A DNA stretch of 51,803 nt, the filler included, from Catajapyx aquilonaris (Eukaryota), in NCBI GenBank assembly GCA_000934665.2. It is 2 parts of 2 records of this genome, joined end to end, with 100 filler letters (N's around TTAATTAATTAA, not from the genome) between each part and the next. Parts side by side here need not be neighbours in the genome. Positions count along the whole stretch, not along the records: positions 1 to 25,862 come from JYFJ02005291.1; 1 more part is not named here. One strand, given 5' to 3'. A model generated the notes under the pieces. It saw only the letters and a list, made by a program, of their open reading frames with translations, ran no database searches and had not been told where the DNA came from. Made by a program: the position numbers and the translations under genes. This document shows positions 1 to 12,865 of the stretch, piece by piece; position 1 is the first letter of the stretch; the number at the start of each line of letters is the position of its first letter.

Positions 1-2722
1 CCTATCAAAAGACAATGTCACCGTTTCTCAGATTTGCCGCCAATGGTCAGCATCCAGCCATTTTTGAGCGATTGTGACATTGGGATGGTTTTGAAATTTG
101 GTGTAGGTGACGGCCATCAGTCATATCATCGAAAGGCCTGACAATCCCTTCCATTGTTTGCTTCGGATCAGGTTTTGGATTTGGAATTAAGGGAGAGTCG
201 CGACTTCCCGGTTTAGCGGCGCCCAATCCGTGACATATAGACAAGGACAAAACTTGCCAGTTTTTTTTTGTTTTGTTTTAATGGTGTGTGTATGAGAGAG
301 CCAGGGGATGGGGGGAGGGGTGTTCTTTCTCACTTGCATAAGCAAGCAAAGTACTCCCACCAAATCGCAAAGTGTTAGATAGAGAGGCGCCTGCATGAAT
401 CCAGCTAGGCCAGCATCCGTCTGACTTGCATAAGGAGATGCAGTAAGTGTGAGTTGCCGGTGGCGTTATAGGCCAAGGAGGCGCCGAGAAAGCCACGAGT
501 CGGGCGCCACTAGCTTCTGGGATGGGAGACCTAGGAATGTGGCTCCAGACTAACTTGCCCAGAGGGATGGGGTGGATGAGAGGGAGGGGGATGATGCGAT
601 TCACGATGGAGACTGGGATTACCAACAGGTGCTATTAAAAGAATGTCTGTACCTGAGGGCTTCCCCCTCGTCCATCCCCCCCTTCCCCCACCTATGAATA
701 AGCGCTAAATGAACCACAACCGATTATTATCATACCACCTCTATCCATATTTTTTAGAGGTCTTTCCCGTGCTAAGGTTGAACTGGTAAATTTATAATAG
801 GTTGTGACTCATAAGTCAGAATCTGATAGGTGATAAAAAGTGGTGTCTGATACCGTGCAGATGGTACGACGTACAGTACGATCATGCCTGTTGAATGTGA
901 AACTTCCATACTGCAAATATTGCAACATTTCTGCCAATTAAAAATGTATACAACATGGTGAGCTCAATCTGCAGTGATTGCCATTATTAGGTTATTATTG
1001 CAGATTGCCACTAATTGCAACAGTAATGGGATTCCTCTTCGTTCAAGGTGATAAACCTTTACCGTGTACTCTATGCCTACATTAAAATTGTGCAGTGAGG
1101 TGGTTTGTGTTAGTTAAAATCCTTCTACTATTCGTTCACTGCAATCGAGTGTACAGGTCAATCGATGTCTGTCTCCTGGACAATTAATTTCTTTATTGCC
1201 CCCTTTCTAAACTTTCAGTATTTTATTACATATAGGTAAATAAAGGCAGCTGTTTTAGGACTGTAAAAAGATAATTATTTATAGCATGTACCGGGCGTGT
1301 CAAAAGTCATACACAGTTGTATGGGTAAAAATCTAGTGGACGGTCATGTTAGTCGATTTGCCTCTTAAGTGTGGCGGTGACTTACGTACAATGTTGGAAA
1401 ACCCATTTAACCCTGTTAATGCCACTAATCTAAGTAATGCCCACTGGGTCATATCTGGCACACCATTTAGTGCAACTTTTGCAACTTTTGCAATTTTTAT
1501 ATTTTCTGTAAGTGTGCCAAATTGCACTAAATGGTGTGCCAGATATGACCCAAGGGGCATTACAGGGTTAATAGGCATATATGATAACGTGATTCCCCCC
1601 AAACTTTGTAAGTAACCAGAGGAGAGCGTCAGCGAAATGATCACCGATGCAAAATAATAAGAACTCAATTTTGTTGCACGTGGTACATTCCGAGTAGAAC
1701 CATTATTAGATTTCAGTATATTTTAAGATGCATCACACTTGAGAATTTTAACTGTCATTTCTTAAAATATGACTGTAATTCCTGTGAAATACTCGATTCA
1801 CGATATGTCATTCAGCACATACTGTATAGGTCTACTTAACCGTATTGTTTCTAAAAGCCAATTATGAACAGGTATGGAGTAAAATACAAATATTTCCTAA
1901 TGATAATTCCCAGAAGAATGCAGGCAACTTTGTCCTAAAGTCACACTTCCAGGAAAGTCATGAATTATACAGACACCCTTTGTTTTTATTATCAATGACC
2001 AGATCTGGATTTTGTGCTTCTGACTATCCCGACAATTCCATGGACTCGGTCCCTGTCTGGTCTCTGCAGTCACTACTGATGACTTTTATAGCCACGCCGT
2101 GAAAGAATCTCGAAGGGTATAAACACGGCACTGAAAAATCAGGAATTTAAACAACGTTCTTCTAACATCTCCGTCATCAGGAGGAGAGAGGGTGGAGGGT
2201 AGGGGAGAAGTTGCCGAAAAAAGCGCAGCCCAAGTGTATCTTCAAAAGTGGCAGCAATACTCGTTTGTAAAACTATCAAACGTGCGACCCTGAAAGGAGG
2301 ATCGTGCCTTGCCTCATAATTTGCGGGACAAGATTTGACACCCACTGATAGCAGCAAAAAGTGAATACATGGCTGTCGGCTGGCTGCCTACCAGATTACA
2401 CATGACTTTTTTTTCTATATAAACCAGTAATCTCGTTAACAAGAGAACACTAGGAAGCACGACAGGCGGAGAATAATTAGTGCGTCTATAATTAATTACT
2501 ATCTGACATGTTATTAACCATGCGAGGCTGTTGCATTGACATATTAGCCTCTTTTTTTCGAAATTAGCCTCACACGTGTGGATGAGAGAACAGAGACCAT
2601 TAGCACTTTCAGAGTTAAAAAAGAAGGGACCGGCCTTTTGTCCTTTTAGGCTTTTTGCATGTGCGCCTGTTTTACAGTCGTTTGGCGCCAGCAGGACAAG
2701 ACTTGCTCCGCAGGTTCTTAAG

Positions 2723-2770
2723 GGCCATACATTCTTAGGGTGGCCATACATTCTTAGGGTGGCCATACAT
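2723..2770. repeat. Short tandem repeat, 19-bp unit GGCCATACATTCTTAGGGT, about 2.5 copies
   Basis: Units start at 2723, 2742 and 2761 (partial); read directly. Confidence 0.85.
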
Positions 2771-2852
2771 CTGCCCTCTCTCCCTATCCGCCACGTGCCC
2801 GACATCTGACTGGAATAGGACTGCCGTAGCTACTCGAATCTTCTCGTTACAG

Positions 2853-5800
2853 GCGTCCGATTCCTCCGAGGACATCCTGGACTCGAGGTCATGTGCTTCG
2901 CTCAACTGCAACGAAGAGCGAGCCAGGCCGGTCTGTGGTTCCGACGGCCTGACATACAACAGCCAGTGCGACCTTCGAAGAGCTCAGTGCATGGGACACA
3001 AAGTGGTCCTGATGAACAGGGGCAGGTGCGCAGGTAGGCCGCAAACGGCCCCCCTCCACGTTGCCCCCACATTCAAGGGGTTAATAGTCATGGGCTGACT
3101 GTGTTCTCAGCCCGGGTTGAGTCTCTTGTGACTAACCCATCATCCAGGAGTCAGGAGGTGCTTCAGAAATCTCTATTGTTTGTTTCAGTGGAGAAGAAGT
3201 GTTTTGCAGAGAGAGCAAAGGCTGATGCACTGCAGGGTACGGATGCGAACGTGGTTGTGCCGGAGTGTACGTCGGATGGCCGGTTCAAGCGTCGTCAGTG
3301 TCACAAGGCGACAGGCTATTGTTGGTGCGTCACGCCCGAGGGAAAGAGGCAGTACAAGTCGGGGTCGTCCAAGCAGCATTTGGACTGCAGAAGGAAAGGT
3401 GAGAACTGCTGGAGAGAGTCAGGCTGGGTTGGGAAAGGACCCACTGTCATAAGATGATCATCGACGTCATGTCTCTGGACGTTCAAACTGGGATCAGGTG
3501 TCGTTTGAGCTCTAAGCATACTTGTATCACATGAGAAACGTCTGAATAGTGCACGGTCGTACGTGTTAGCATTCGGCTTTCTAACGTGGGATCGAGAGGG
3601 TTAAAACGGGATATCACAAGCAATAACGGTGGTACAAGATTTCTCTGTAGATTTACGGTGCACTGATATGTTTTTATCAGCCGATGTCAATTTCAGGTTT
3701 TGTCCTACATCTTGTATGTTTTTGGTGGGAAATGTGTGCATCTCCTCTCTGGTTAGTGTTTCTTTCGAAAATCTAAACCAAAATCTAATTCAGTTTATCA
3801 ATTTCATTTCGGATATTACACATCAGTTTTTACACATACCCACACGCCATTTTTAATATTATGCTGGTTACACCACACGGCTATACTACGGGTCTGGTAC
3901 AGTACAACGGGTCTGCGGTAACCAAGTGGTCCGACCAGAAGGCTCTTCCGTCAAATTCATGCAGTAAACAATGGGTGCTGTACGTAGGCACGAAAATTGA
4001 CCATACATCTCCGTACCTATTTACAGTAAGTTCGAGCAATGCGTCCCTTTTCCGCCAGCAGTGAGCAAATTCATCTCACATTGTCAGACGTAATCTTGCA
4101 TCCTTTCCCTTCGCGTTAAAACCCAGGTAGGTTCGGATGAAGTCATAATTAGTCAGGTCGAGGCTTGAGAAATGTGAATACTATATTTACACCTTCAGAT
4201 TAGGAATTGCATAATGAGTAGAACCCCACTCCCGATTGTACGCAAAACCTGTTTCTGCTGCTGGCGCCGAATCCGCGTGCGGGCTGCCCTTATGCAAAGC
4301 GACGACTCACATCCTTTTAACAGGTGACTACAGGTCGTGGGAGGCAACCACTCTGGAAATGCATAAAAGTCAACCGGACATGCACTTGCTGCATGGAGTC
4401 GTGTGGAATGAATGCCAAATGCAGCAGCTTCTACCTTCATATGAAATCAAGTTCGCGTTTTTGACTTTTTGAGGGCCTCTCCAACTATATAGATATCGGG
4501 TTGCTCTGCTGGCCACTTTCCAGAAGCATGCAGCATGAGAGAAGGAACCTAGATGCACAGTATACGATAGGCTACGTTGCTTCGAAAGACATAGCCTACT
4601 GTACATTCATTTGCGTACGGTACCACGAACATTAACACTTGCTCGGAAATTCACGCGAGCTAGAAAAATATTCATCATCAGCAGACAAACTTACCGCACT
4701 GGGCATTAATTTCTTATTCATATTTGCTCTATGTAATTTCTAAGCAACTCGATCAGTGTGAAATACTTGCATAGAGCCACGAACACACACACACAAAAAC
4801 TGGGGACTGGTACTGAAAGCATAGACTATTGCTCTCCATCACTATGTCTGGCATTTAAAAAGTTGCATTCACATATGTACAGTAATTTTGCAGCTGAAAT
4901 CCGCCCCCTCCCCTCAAAAAAAAACAAGAAGAAGAAGAAATGCACATACCGGTACAGTGTTTGGCATACAAGTAGACATTTTCTTGAGAAACTGTTGATG
5001 GCTTAAGTTATTCTAGTTCGCTATTTTGTGGTATTTTCGTAGCTTTTCATGCGAATCATCTGGACGAAGTGATGTAATTTACTGGCTCGCAGTTTTATCT
5101 AAAAACCTGCTGACTTGCATCGCTACCAATTTGGTACAGCTTAATATAACACATGTGGCAAATACTGAAAGTTGTGTAAAATGCTAGTTTTGAAAATATT
5201 GCGCCTTAGCAAAGTGTGTTCAGTGCATTAAAAAATGGCTTCTAATGGTCAGATGACAAATGAAAAAAAAACTTATTTTATTACAAAGCTTACTTCATTT
5301 GTGAACTATAAAAGTTTATAAAAAGAGTGAGTGATTTCTTAAAACAGATAATGTAGGCCACATGCTAATCATTGGTCTTCATTATTATTTTAATAGCCTG
5401 GCTACCAGATCTGATCATTATTCATTCATAATGCTAAGTGTGCCCCGTAGAAATAATATTGCAATTGGTTATTATCGTAACATCCAAAAACCAATTCCTC
5501 CCAAGTGAGGGTAATAGTTTTGGTGCCTTATCAACAGAAGGAAGAAACTTTAGAGCCACCTTGTACTCTGTGGTCCTTCAGGGATTTGTATTCAAGCGTC
5601 TGGCACCAAAATAAACGGCGAGACGGATTGTAAGTGATCTGATGGCGCCGATCCTTCGACTCTGCTCAAAGCCAAATGTTGAGTCTGAGTGCTGAAAAGC
5701 CGCAGTAGGATTAGCAGTAGTGGGTTCATATATTTCACTTGGTGTTTTTCTTGCCGTTTGTAGGTAAAACAAGTGCCAACAGGAGATCATCAGGGTCCAG

Positions 5801-8800
5801 GCGGCGAAGACGAGGTAAACTAACTCGTTATCTATATTAAAATAGTTGTGCGCATTAATAATTTCCAGACAGTAGACTATATGTATAAGCCCTTTGTGCT
5901 AGACCGAAGATGGTTGAAAGCCAAAAACTGGCAGAGCTATTTATGAAAAGGAGGCAAAAACCTGCTTTAAAAAATGGAGGTTCTCAAGGCATAAACATGA
6001 TCACTACGTACAAAATTAGTTCACTTGATTTACTGCACAGACATTCTGTTGGGCAAAATTTTGAGATGCGAAAATATTACCAGTTTCAAAATAAGGCAAT
6101 GAGAATTTCACAATCCTCGGAACATTTCAGCCTGCAGTCAGACAGACCGATCGACATTCAATGGCAACCTGATCAAAAGTTTCACGAGCGAGTACACTCG
6201 CATGAGCGGCATGCCAGCCGAACACCGCCGCTCTTCCCTGGACAAAGAAGTGACCGATTGGAAATTCTCTCAACTGGATGCCAATGGTGACTCCAAGCTT
6301 CAGAGAGCCGAATACCGAGAACTGCGAAGCCTGGTGCGCAAGGTGGTCAAGCCTCGAAGATGCGCCAGGTCTTTTGCGAGAATCTGCGACGCAAATGGCG
6401 ATCGCGTCATCTCACGACAGGAGTGGGTCACGTGCCTCGGAGTCGGAGTGAATTGTGAGTAGGCGCGGATTATTACACAATCTGTCATGCATGAGTTTCA
6501 GTCGTAACTTTGAGTAGTTTTTTGTTCACTAACACAAATAGTTCATGTATTTTTTTTCTCTTGCCCATCAGGTGTTAACAGTTACGTTCGGTTTCTGAAG
6601 TTGTTCCGTTGTGACTGCTTTCTCAGCCTATTGTTGTAAGGTCCACATGCTTCAGGCCGACCCATTTTGTCTATTGCAAAAGCTTCATTCTTCAAAAAGG
6701 TGTCCCCCTTTTGAAGTTATGCAGCTTCTCAAGCAGAGAGGCTGCTGCTTGGGAAGTCCTTGGTGTTGTTGTGCCCCCTTTGTATCCTCACCATACTCTT
6801 TCCTGTGTGTTGCTTTTCCTCTATTTTCATTGTTGAAAAGAAATTTAAATGTATTTCATTGCCCTAATGCGCACTGGTAACCCTGCTTGCTCTCTATACA
6901 CTTGTCGCTCTCTTCACACAAATACGTATTGTAGACATGGGATGTGCACGACATAACGGATATACTCCAGCATGACACAACAATACACTATGGCGGTGTT
7001 TGGGAATGCACGATAAGTTATTTATCCCCACCACTATCCCACCTTGACATTGAGGCCGGACACCAAGAGAATTACTCATTAATTAATCATGAGAAAAGAC
7101 TTTTAAAAACTATTAAGAGATGGGCGGCCGTGCCGTCGCAGAGAGTACTAACGCTTATGTCATGCAGTCTCTCTCCATTTCCTCTTGTCGCTGCAATCAG
7201 TCGACAGCCGTGGCGGGAGGGACAAGGACGAGGAAGATGACGACGACGAAGGTGAGTTCAAGACAAACGGTACACATAGGCTCAGACATAATACTGTATT
7301 TGTAATGTAGTCTACACACAAAAAACCACTAAAATTCGGGGCCTCACATTCTTATTGCATTCCCGATATATATCCTACTGGGTGGAGAAAAGGTTCTACG
7401 ATCCCTATGTGGTGTTTCAGCAGTAGACCACTGAATGTAAGCATCAGTCTGTCCATATACGCTATTGAGGAGACAAGCGCATGGGGGTAATGTTGGTTGA
7501 GGTGGCTACGGCGGGTGAAGGGAAAGGGTGACCGCCACATGCCTGCCTCCTCATGGCAGATGGACAGGCCCGATGAAATACAGGTATATTACATTTTGCT
7601 GCTTGGTTTTTTCAGGGACTTAGGTCAGTTTCTCCATCAATATTCCATATCACAATAGGTTAAACTGGAAAGTGATCGGCAAATTTTTGATTTTTGTCCA
7701 ACTTAGCACCGTTGCACACTTGGTTGCACATGAAGCAAACCGATCAGAGTCACATTTGGCTGATTTCGAGATATGAGGGTTTGAAGGTCCATTGTGGGAT
7801 GACTTTTTTTCTAAAATTTATCTGTTGCTATGGTTCCTCTCTCAGAAAACTGAATTGGCCATGAGAATAAACATTCCTAGTTCATTTTCTGCGAAAATGT
7901 GACCCGATCGTCCTGCATCTCAGGTCTTCACATGCAAGGCGCTTAGAACAAAAGTGGCACAAGTCCAAAAAAAAAAAAAGCTCCGAAAATTGACCTGAAA
8001 TGCTCCATGGCGTAGGCAATTCTCCTTGGAGGATAAATAAGATTGTCACCTACTGGCCAAATGTCCAACTTAGGACTTACACCAATTTTGCATCAACTTG
8101 GAATAGCCTTCTGAACTTGATGGCGATCGTATCTCGAAAGTGGCAAAAATGGAATTGGGCCACATTTGTTATAAGCGCCTCTTTGTATGCGTCGAAAATG
8201 CCAAATGACACTCACGGAATCCACCAGTACACTTATACAATTCTGTTTACACTTTGAGCCCGATCAGTGTATTGGCGGCATCTGAGTACTGCGTGTAAGT
8301 GTCCCGAATTTCAGCAATAAATGATGAAAACCGACGTTGTCACTTGGAATTTTCGCGCAGACGGAAGTTTCAGCAAGTCTAGACGTTGCTACTTTGAAGA
8401 CACTTCTGACTACAAACATTAGACTACCGGGCACCGGTCACTTTTTGAGATAGCTTACCCTGGAAAACAATTTGAACAATTTACTACTTGCTTGCATTTG
8501 CCAAATTGCTTAGCTACTCTTGCCTGCTTTTGAACTGGTAAAAACAAACTGTAAAACCTGCTGCCATGTCTTTGGCGCCATTTTAAAGGCCTTGCAACCT
8601 CTTCGGAACCGATTGAAATGTCCCCACTGGGGGCTCTGTTTCAGATAGTGAGGCTTCTCAACCATCAGGATTTAATTTCCATCGTCCTTTGTCGGGCTCT
8701 TTGTTGGGTCCTTCTTCTTCCCAAGAGACATCACCTTTTAGAAGTGGACCTTCGTTGACTCATCAAGACATGGGGGGATTTCGGGGATTTGGTACTGCTG

Positions 8801-11088
8801 GAAGAAGCCCCACAAGGGGCAATGGGAACAGCCGAAACGGTAAGCAAAGCAGTAGAGTCCTTTCGAAAGAGTTACTAGTGTAAAACTGGTTGCTACTAGG
8901 AGCCAACTGCAGCCACGAGAGACAGATTGCTCTGGATGGATGGAGGCAGGATTTTATGAGTCACGAGAGGCAGCCCAGTGCAAATGGAAGTTATATACCG
9001 CAGTGTACTCCGGATGGAAAATATCAGAGGCTGCAGTGCTTTTGGGGTGAGTGACATAATTACTCAGTATTTCTAACTCATCTTGTGCAACTAATGGAAA
9101 TTGCTTCATTAGGTTACTGCTGGTGCGTCAACGAGGAAACTGGGATTATGACTACCAGTAAAGTATACCCCAGCAACATCAGACTCAACTGTGATCGTTT
9201 GGCCAAAGGTAAGCATCCTTTTTCAATCTGTGTAAATTGGCTTGATTACTCTAGATATCTATAAATTTCAGGCTGCATTGACAAGAAACGGGAGAAGTTT
9301 TTGGAAGGGCTGATAGATTACATGAACAAGTCAATGACATCCAGCATTTCTGGTAGCGACAGGTAAGACAGTTAATCTCAATGACTTGCCGAGGTAATGT
9401 AGAGTGCATGTAAAAAGTCAATTATTTTATAGCTTGCCTGCAGCAGCTCTGACAAAAGAAAAGGTGGTTCGGTGGCAGTTTGGACAGTTGGACAGAAACG
9501 GAAACCAGGTTCTAGAGAGAAACGAATGGAAGGTTTTCCGGAGGACTGTGGCAGCACAGGAACACTTGAAAAAGTGTGGCAAAAAGCTTCCAGGACTGTG
9601 CGACCTAAACCAGGACAAGAAAATTACTCTTGAAGAATGGTTGCAATGCCTGGATGCCAATGCAGGTAGATTACTGAAATAAAAGGTTTCTTGGAGCTTT
9701 CTCCATGATATTCTCACGAAGTCCAACAATACATGAATACAAAGGTTTAAATGGAGTGTATTAAAATGGTTCTTAATTTACCTAAACAAGTAGTTCTTCG
9801 ATATTATTCAAGCGCCCTATAAAGACAGTTATTTTTAACTAATTCAACTCGATTTATGTCAAAAATCATGTCTAGTTGCTGCCCAAAGCTGGGAATGCAA
9901 AAACTCTCATAATTTATGACCATTCATATTCATTGATTTTATTGCTGTGTTGCCAGTTTTACTAACGTTTATTGATGATGCAAATTTTTAAAACAGTGGA
10001 AACAATTATTGTACTAAAAATAGAGTAAATTTTTCCTCAGTAGACAAAAGCTCAAGCTGTCTACCAAAGATCTTTTGTTACTGCATAATAGTTTGATTAT
10101 GACAGCGTTCTTAAATTATTATTAAACTCTTGTAGCACACAATAAAAGAAAATAATTATCAATAAGTTATCCTAGTTGTGTGTCAAGAGCCACTCTGTTT
10201 ATTTAAAATTTATAGGTAAAAAGACCATAATATGCAGGTTTGCTAGTGTAAAAATAGTTAGTATATGCTCATAATATATTTCATTCTTGAGGCATTTACC
10301 ATATTCTTGGGGGATGTAGTGTGTCTAATGACAATCTCACATTCATAAATGATAAATCATACCATCAAGGAAACTGATAACCATTTAGTCATAATCAAAA
10401 AAGCAAACTTCCTCTTCAAGTGTTTTATGGATTTAGCATGATTCTGAATCTACCTGTATTTCCTACATTAGTTTGTTGTTGACAGTGTAAGTAGTATGAT
10501 TAAAAATGACAGGAATGTGATATTGCCAAAAAGGTGATAATTTGAGGCATAAAGTATCTAATAATTTTAATTAAAACATTTATATATTGTGCCATGTACC
10601 TCATGTAGTCTATAACATCAAAATCTCATCAAATATTTCCTGAAGTTCTGCAACGTGTATTTCAAGCATGATATGTATAGCCTATGTGGGAAGGCAAATT
10701 GGTATACAGTATTTAAAAATCACAAGTGCATGAAAGACACTTAACTACAAGTAACTTACACAGTTTTCTTTTAATTTTTGTGTCACTTTCATTGTGACTG
10801 CTTGTTTTGTTCACTCTGTCAATTTAGATTCGAACAATTTCAGTGCTCCTTTTAGAACTTACACATATCGTAACAGGCTTATTATTAGCATGAGGTAATT
10901 TTGAAAAACTGACGACTCATTGACAGGTCAGTTATGACAGCATGACCTCATGGCTTATGTAGCTGATGCATAAGGAATGCAAAAAATGTATAGAACATAA
11001 AAAATGAATCGCAGAACTTCCTTTTTCAGGTCCTCCTGCAAAGAAGCGTGGAAAAAATCCACTTGAAATCTTTTTAAAGGCAAAGTGA
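2853..11088 (+). CDS. SMOC1: SPARC-related modular calcium-binding protein (SMOC / Pentagone-Magu-like), 5'-partial; Kazal-TY-EF-TY-EF
   Basis: Phase-consistent GT-AG exons: 2853-3033 (Kazal, PVCGSDGLTYNSQC), 3189-3398 (thyroglobulin-1, QCHKATGYCWCV), 5764-5814, 6131-6454 (EF pair, DANGDSKLQRAE / DANGDRVISRQE), 7168-7251, 8645-8839, 8900-9049 (donor ambiguous), 9113-9208 (YCWCV), 9272-9362, 9433-9665 (EF pair, DRNGNQVLERNE / DLNQDKKITLEE), 11030-11088 (GPPAKKRGKNPLEIFLKAK*). They total 1674 nt, 558 codons. The signal-peptide exon was not found. The symbol denotes the family, not strict SMOC1 versus SMOC2 orthology. Confidence 0.92.
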
Positions 11089-12865
11089 GCATTATGGAAA
11101 GAAGATTTTGTTGAAGAGACAGTGTCAGTGGAAAAGAAAATGAGGGAGACGATGGGATATCCTTCATTCTAAGTCAGTCCCAAATACTCGTCATCCTGGA
11201 TTATTTTTATTTTCGCAGCATCTGTGTGATTTTGCGAGCCTTCACCTGCCCACACCTGTGCAAGTGACTTGTACATAATTTATGACCCGGCTGAATCCAT
11301 TTCCTAGGATTCGCTGCTTTTGAAACCCTGAAAAAAAGTGAAGGCCTGTCATGGGACGCTGATACATGATTCCTATATTTTACCCTGCTGCAAACTGTGA
11401 TTTGAAACGATGAAGGATGGAGGCAGGAAAAGCAATTTTCGTGCCAGGGACTCGGTCATTATGCCGTAGTGGTAGCATTTTCACCCTAGTGTCAAAGAAA
11501 TGTCTTTCATCACTAGAAAAAATGTAAGAGAGTAGGAATTGAAAGGAGAGACAGATGGAAAGACCTTTGACTACTGATTGTGTGTTTCAATTTGTTGCGC
11601 TTTATTTCTGGAAATGTAGCTACAGAACTGAAACACGCAAAGGAAAAAAAATGCGAGTTACTTGTTGTACAGGTAGTCAGCATAGATCAGTCTAGTAGTA
11701 TTAACTAACATTGTAATCTAGAACACACACATGTCCTGATCAGAAACATGATTGAGAACTCAAGAAAGTGGTAAGAGATGGGAAAAGACACGACGAAAAT
11801 TTATGCATTTTGAATACAAGGTCACTTTGTGTATAGCAGTGTTAAACTTTGTCAATATTAAACTTGATGAAAGCTGTAGCATTGCATTCTACAGTGCTGC
11901 AATCATGTCGCCAACACCTTGCGATCATTATGTGATTCATAGCGCCACTTTGGAATTGTTTTTAAAATGCAAAACTGACAAATAAAATATTGTATAAAAC
12001 ATTAGTCGTATTTTTTACCCTCATTTGCGCCAGATGCACTATATGCGGCATAAATGAGGAGAAATAGGTCGTACTGTCCTTCCAGGGAGAAAACAATACT
12101 GGTGTGACAAAGCAGTGAATACGAGGTGTTGCCATTGAAGGTTGCAGGACACACAATATTTTGTGACCAGTGCAAAAACTTCTCTAGCATTCGATGTAAA
12201 TACGAAATATTAAGCTACTTTGTTGCATATTATGGCATTAACTATTTAAACTGGCCTTTGCGACTGTGACAGTATGTAAGTTCTATGTAGCATCCCCGCG
12301 CTGTTGCCACGTCAAACACGTATTGATAAGACAGTAGAGTAGCAGCTGGGGATAACTTACGATTGCAGTTACAAGGTCTGCGTCATTCACCTCTCGTCTT
12401 TCTTGTGGCGAGTAATATAATTACTATCGTTTGTAGAAATTGGGAATAGTTTCTATGCAGCTTGTTGTGTGGTAGACTATTAGTATTATTTGTTTTATGC
12501 AAGCAGCAACATCACCTGCGTGTTTTGAAAATGTTCCTGAAAGATTGTTCCTTGTGTTATACAGACTGCACATTAGTTGATTACTTAATCCGTTTTTAAG
12601 CAAAAAAATGTTATCAAACAATTGGTAGACTATATTTCAATCAAAAGTCGGTTTGACAACTTCATGTATTCATTTTTAGTGACGTCAGTACTATTCTCTC
12701 CCTGAAAGGACATGACATTATCGCTGCTGTGACTGAAAAAAATCATTTGTGTTTCATTAAACACAATAGGGTTTTGCCCCCTAAGTTAAGTACTCGCTAA
12801 AAATGAAACTCCATATTCGATGGTAATATCAAGAGTTCAAGATATACGAAGGCACTAAAAGTCGA

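Noticed and set aside
493..510. Minus-strand TGGCGCCCGA resembling a tRNA-Lys primer-binding site
   Set aside because: Only a 10-nt match, not preceded by an LTR-ending CA, and no gag/pol sequence nearby.
9666..9682. Read-through stop ending SMOC at GRLLK*
   Set aside because: A phase-matched terminal exon at 11030-11088 with a strong acceptor and a family-like KRGKNPL motif fits better.
10828..10894. Possible extra SMOC exon (DSNNFSAPFRTYTYRNR...)
   Set aside because: Its donor is phase 2 while the terminal exon needs phase 1. It cannot be excluded as an alternative last exon but is unsupported.
12680..12687. Isolated TGACGTCA
   Set aside because: A single motif between convergent 3' ends with no promoter context.
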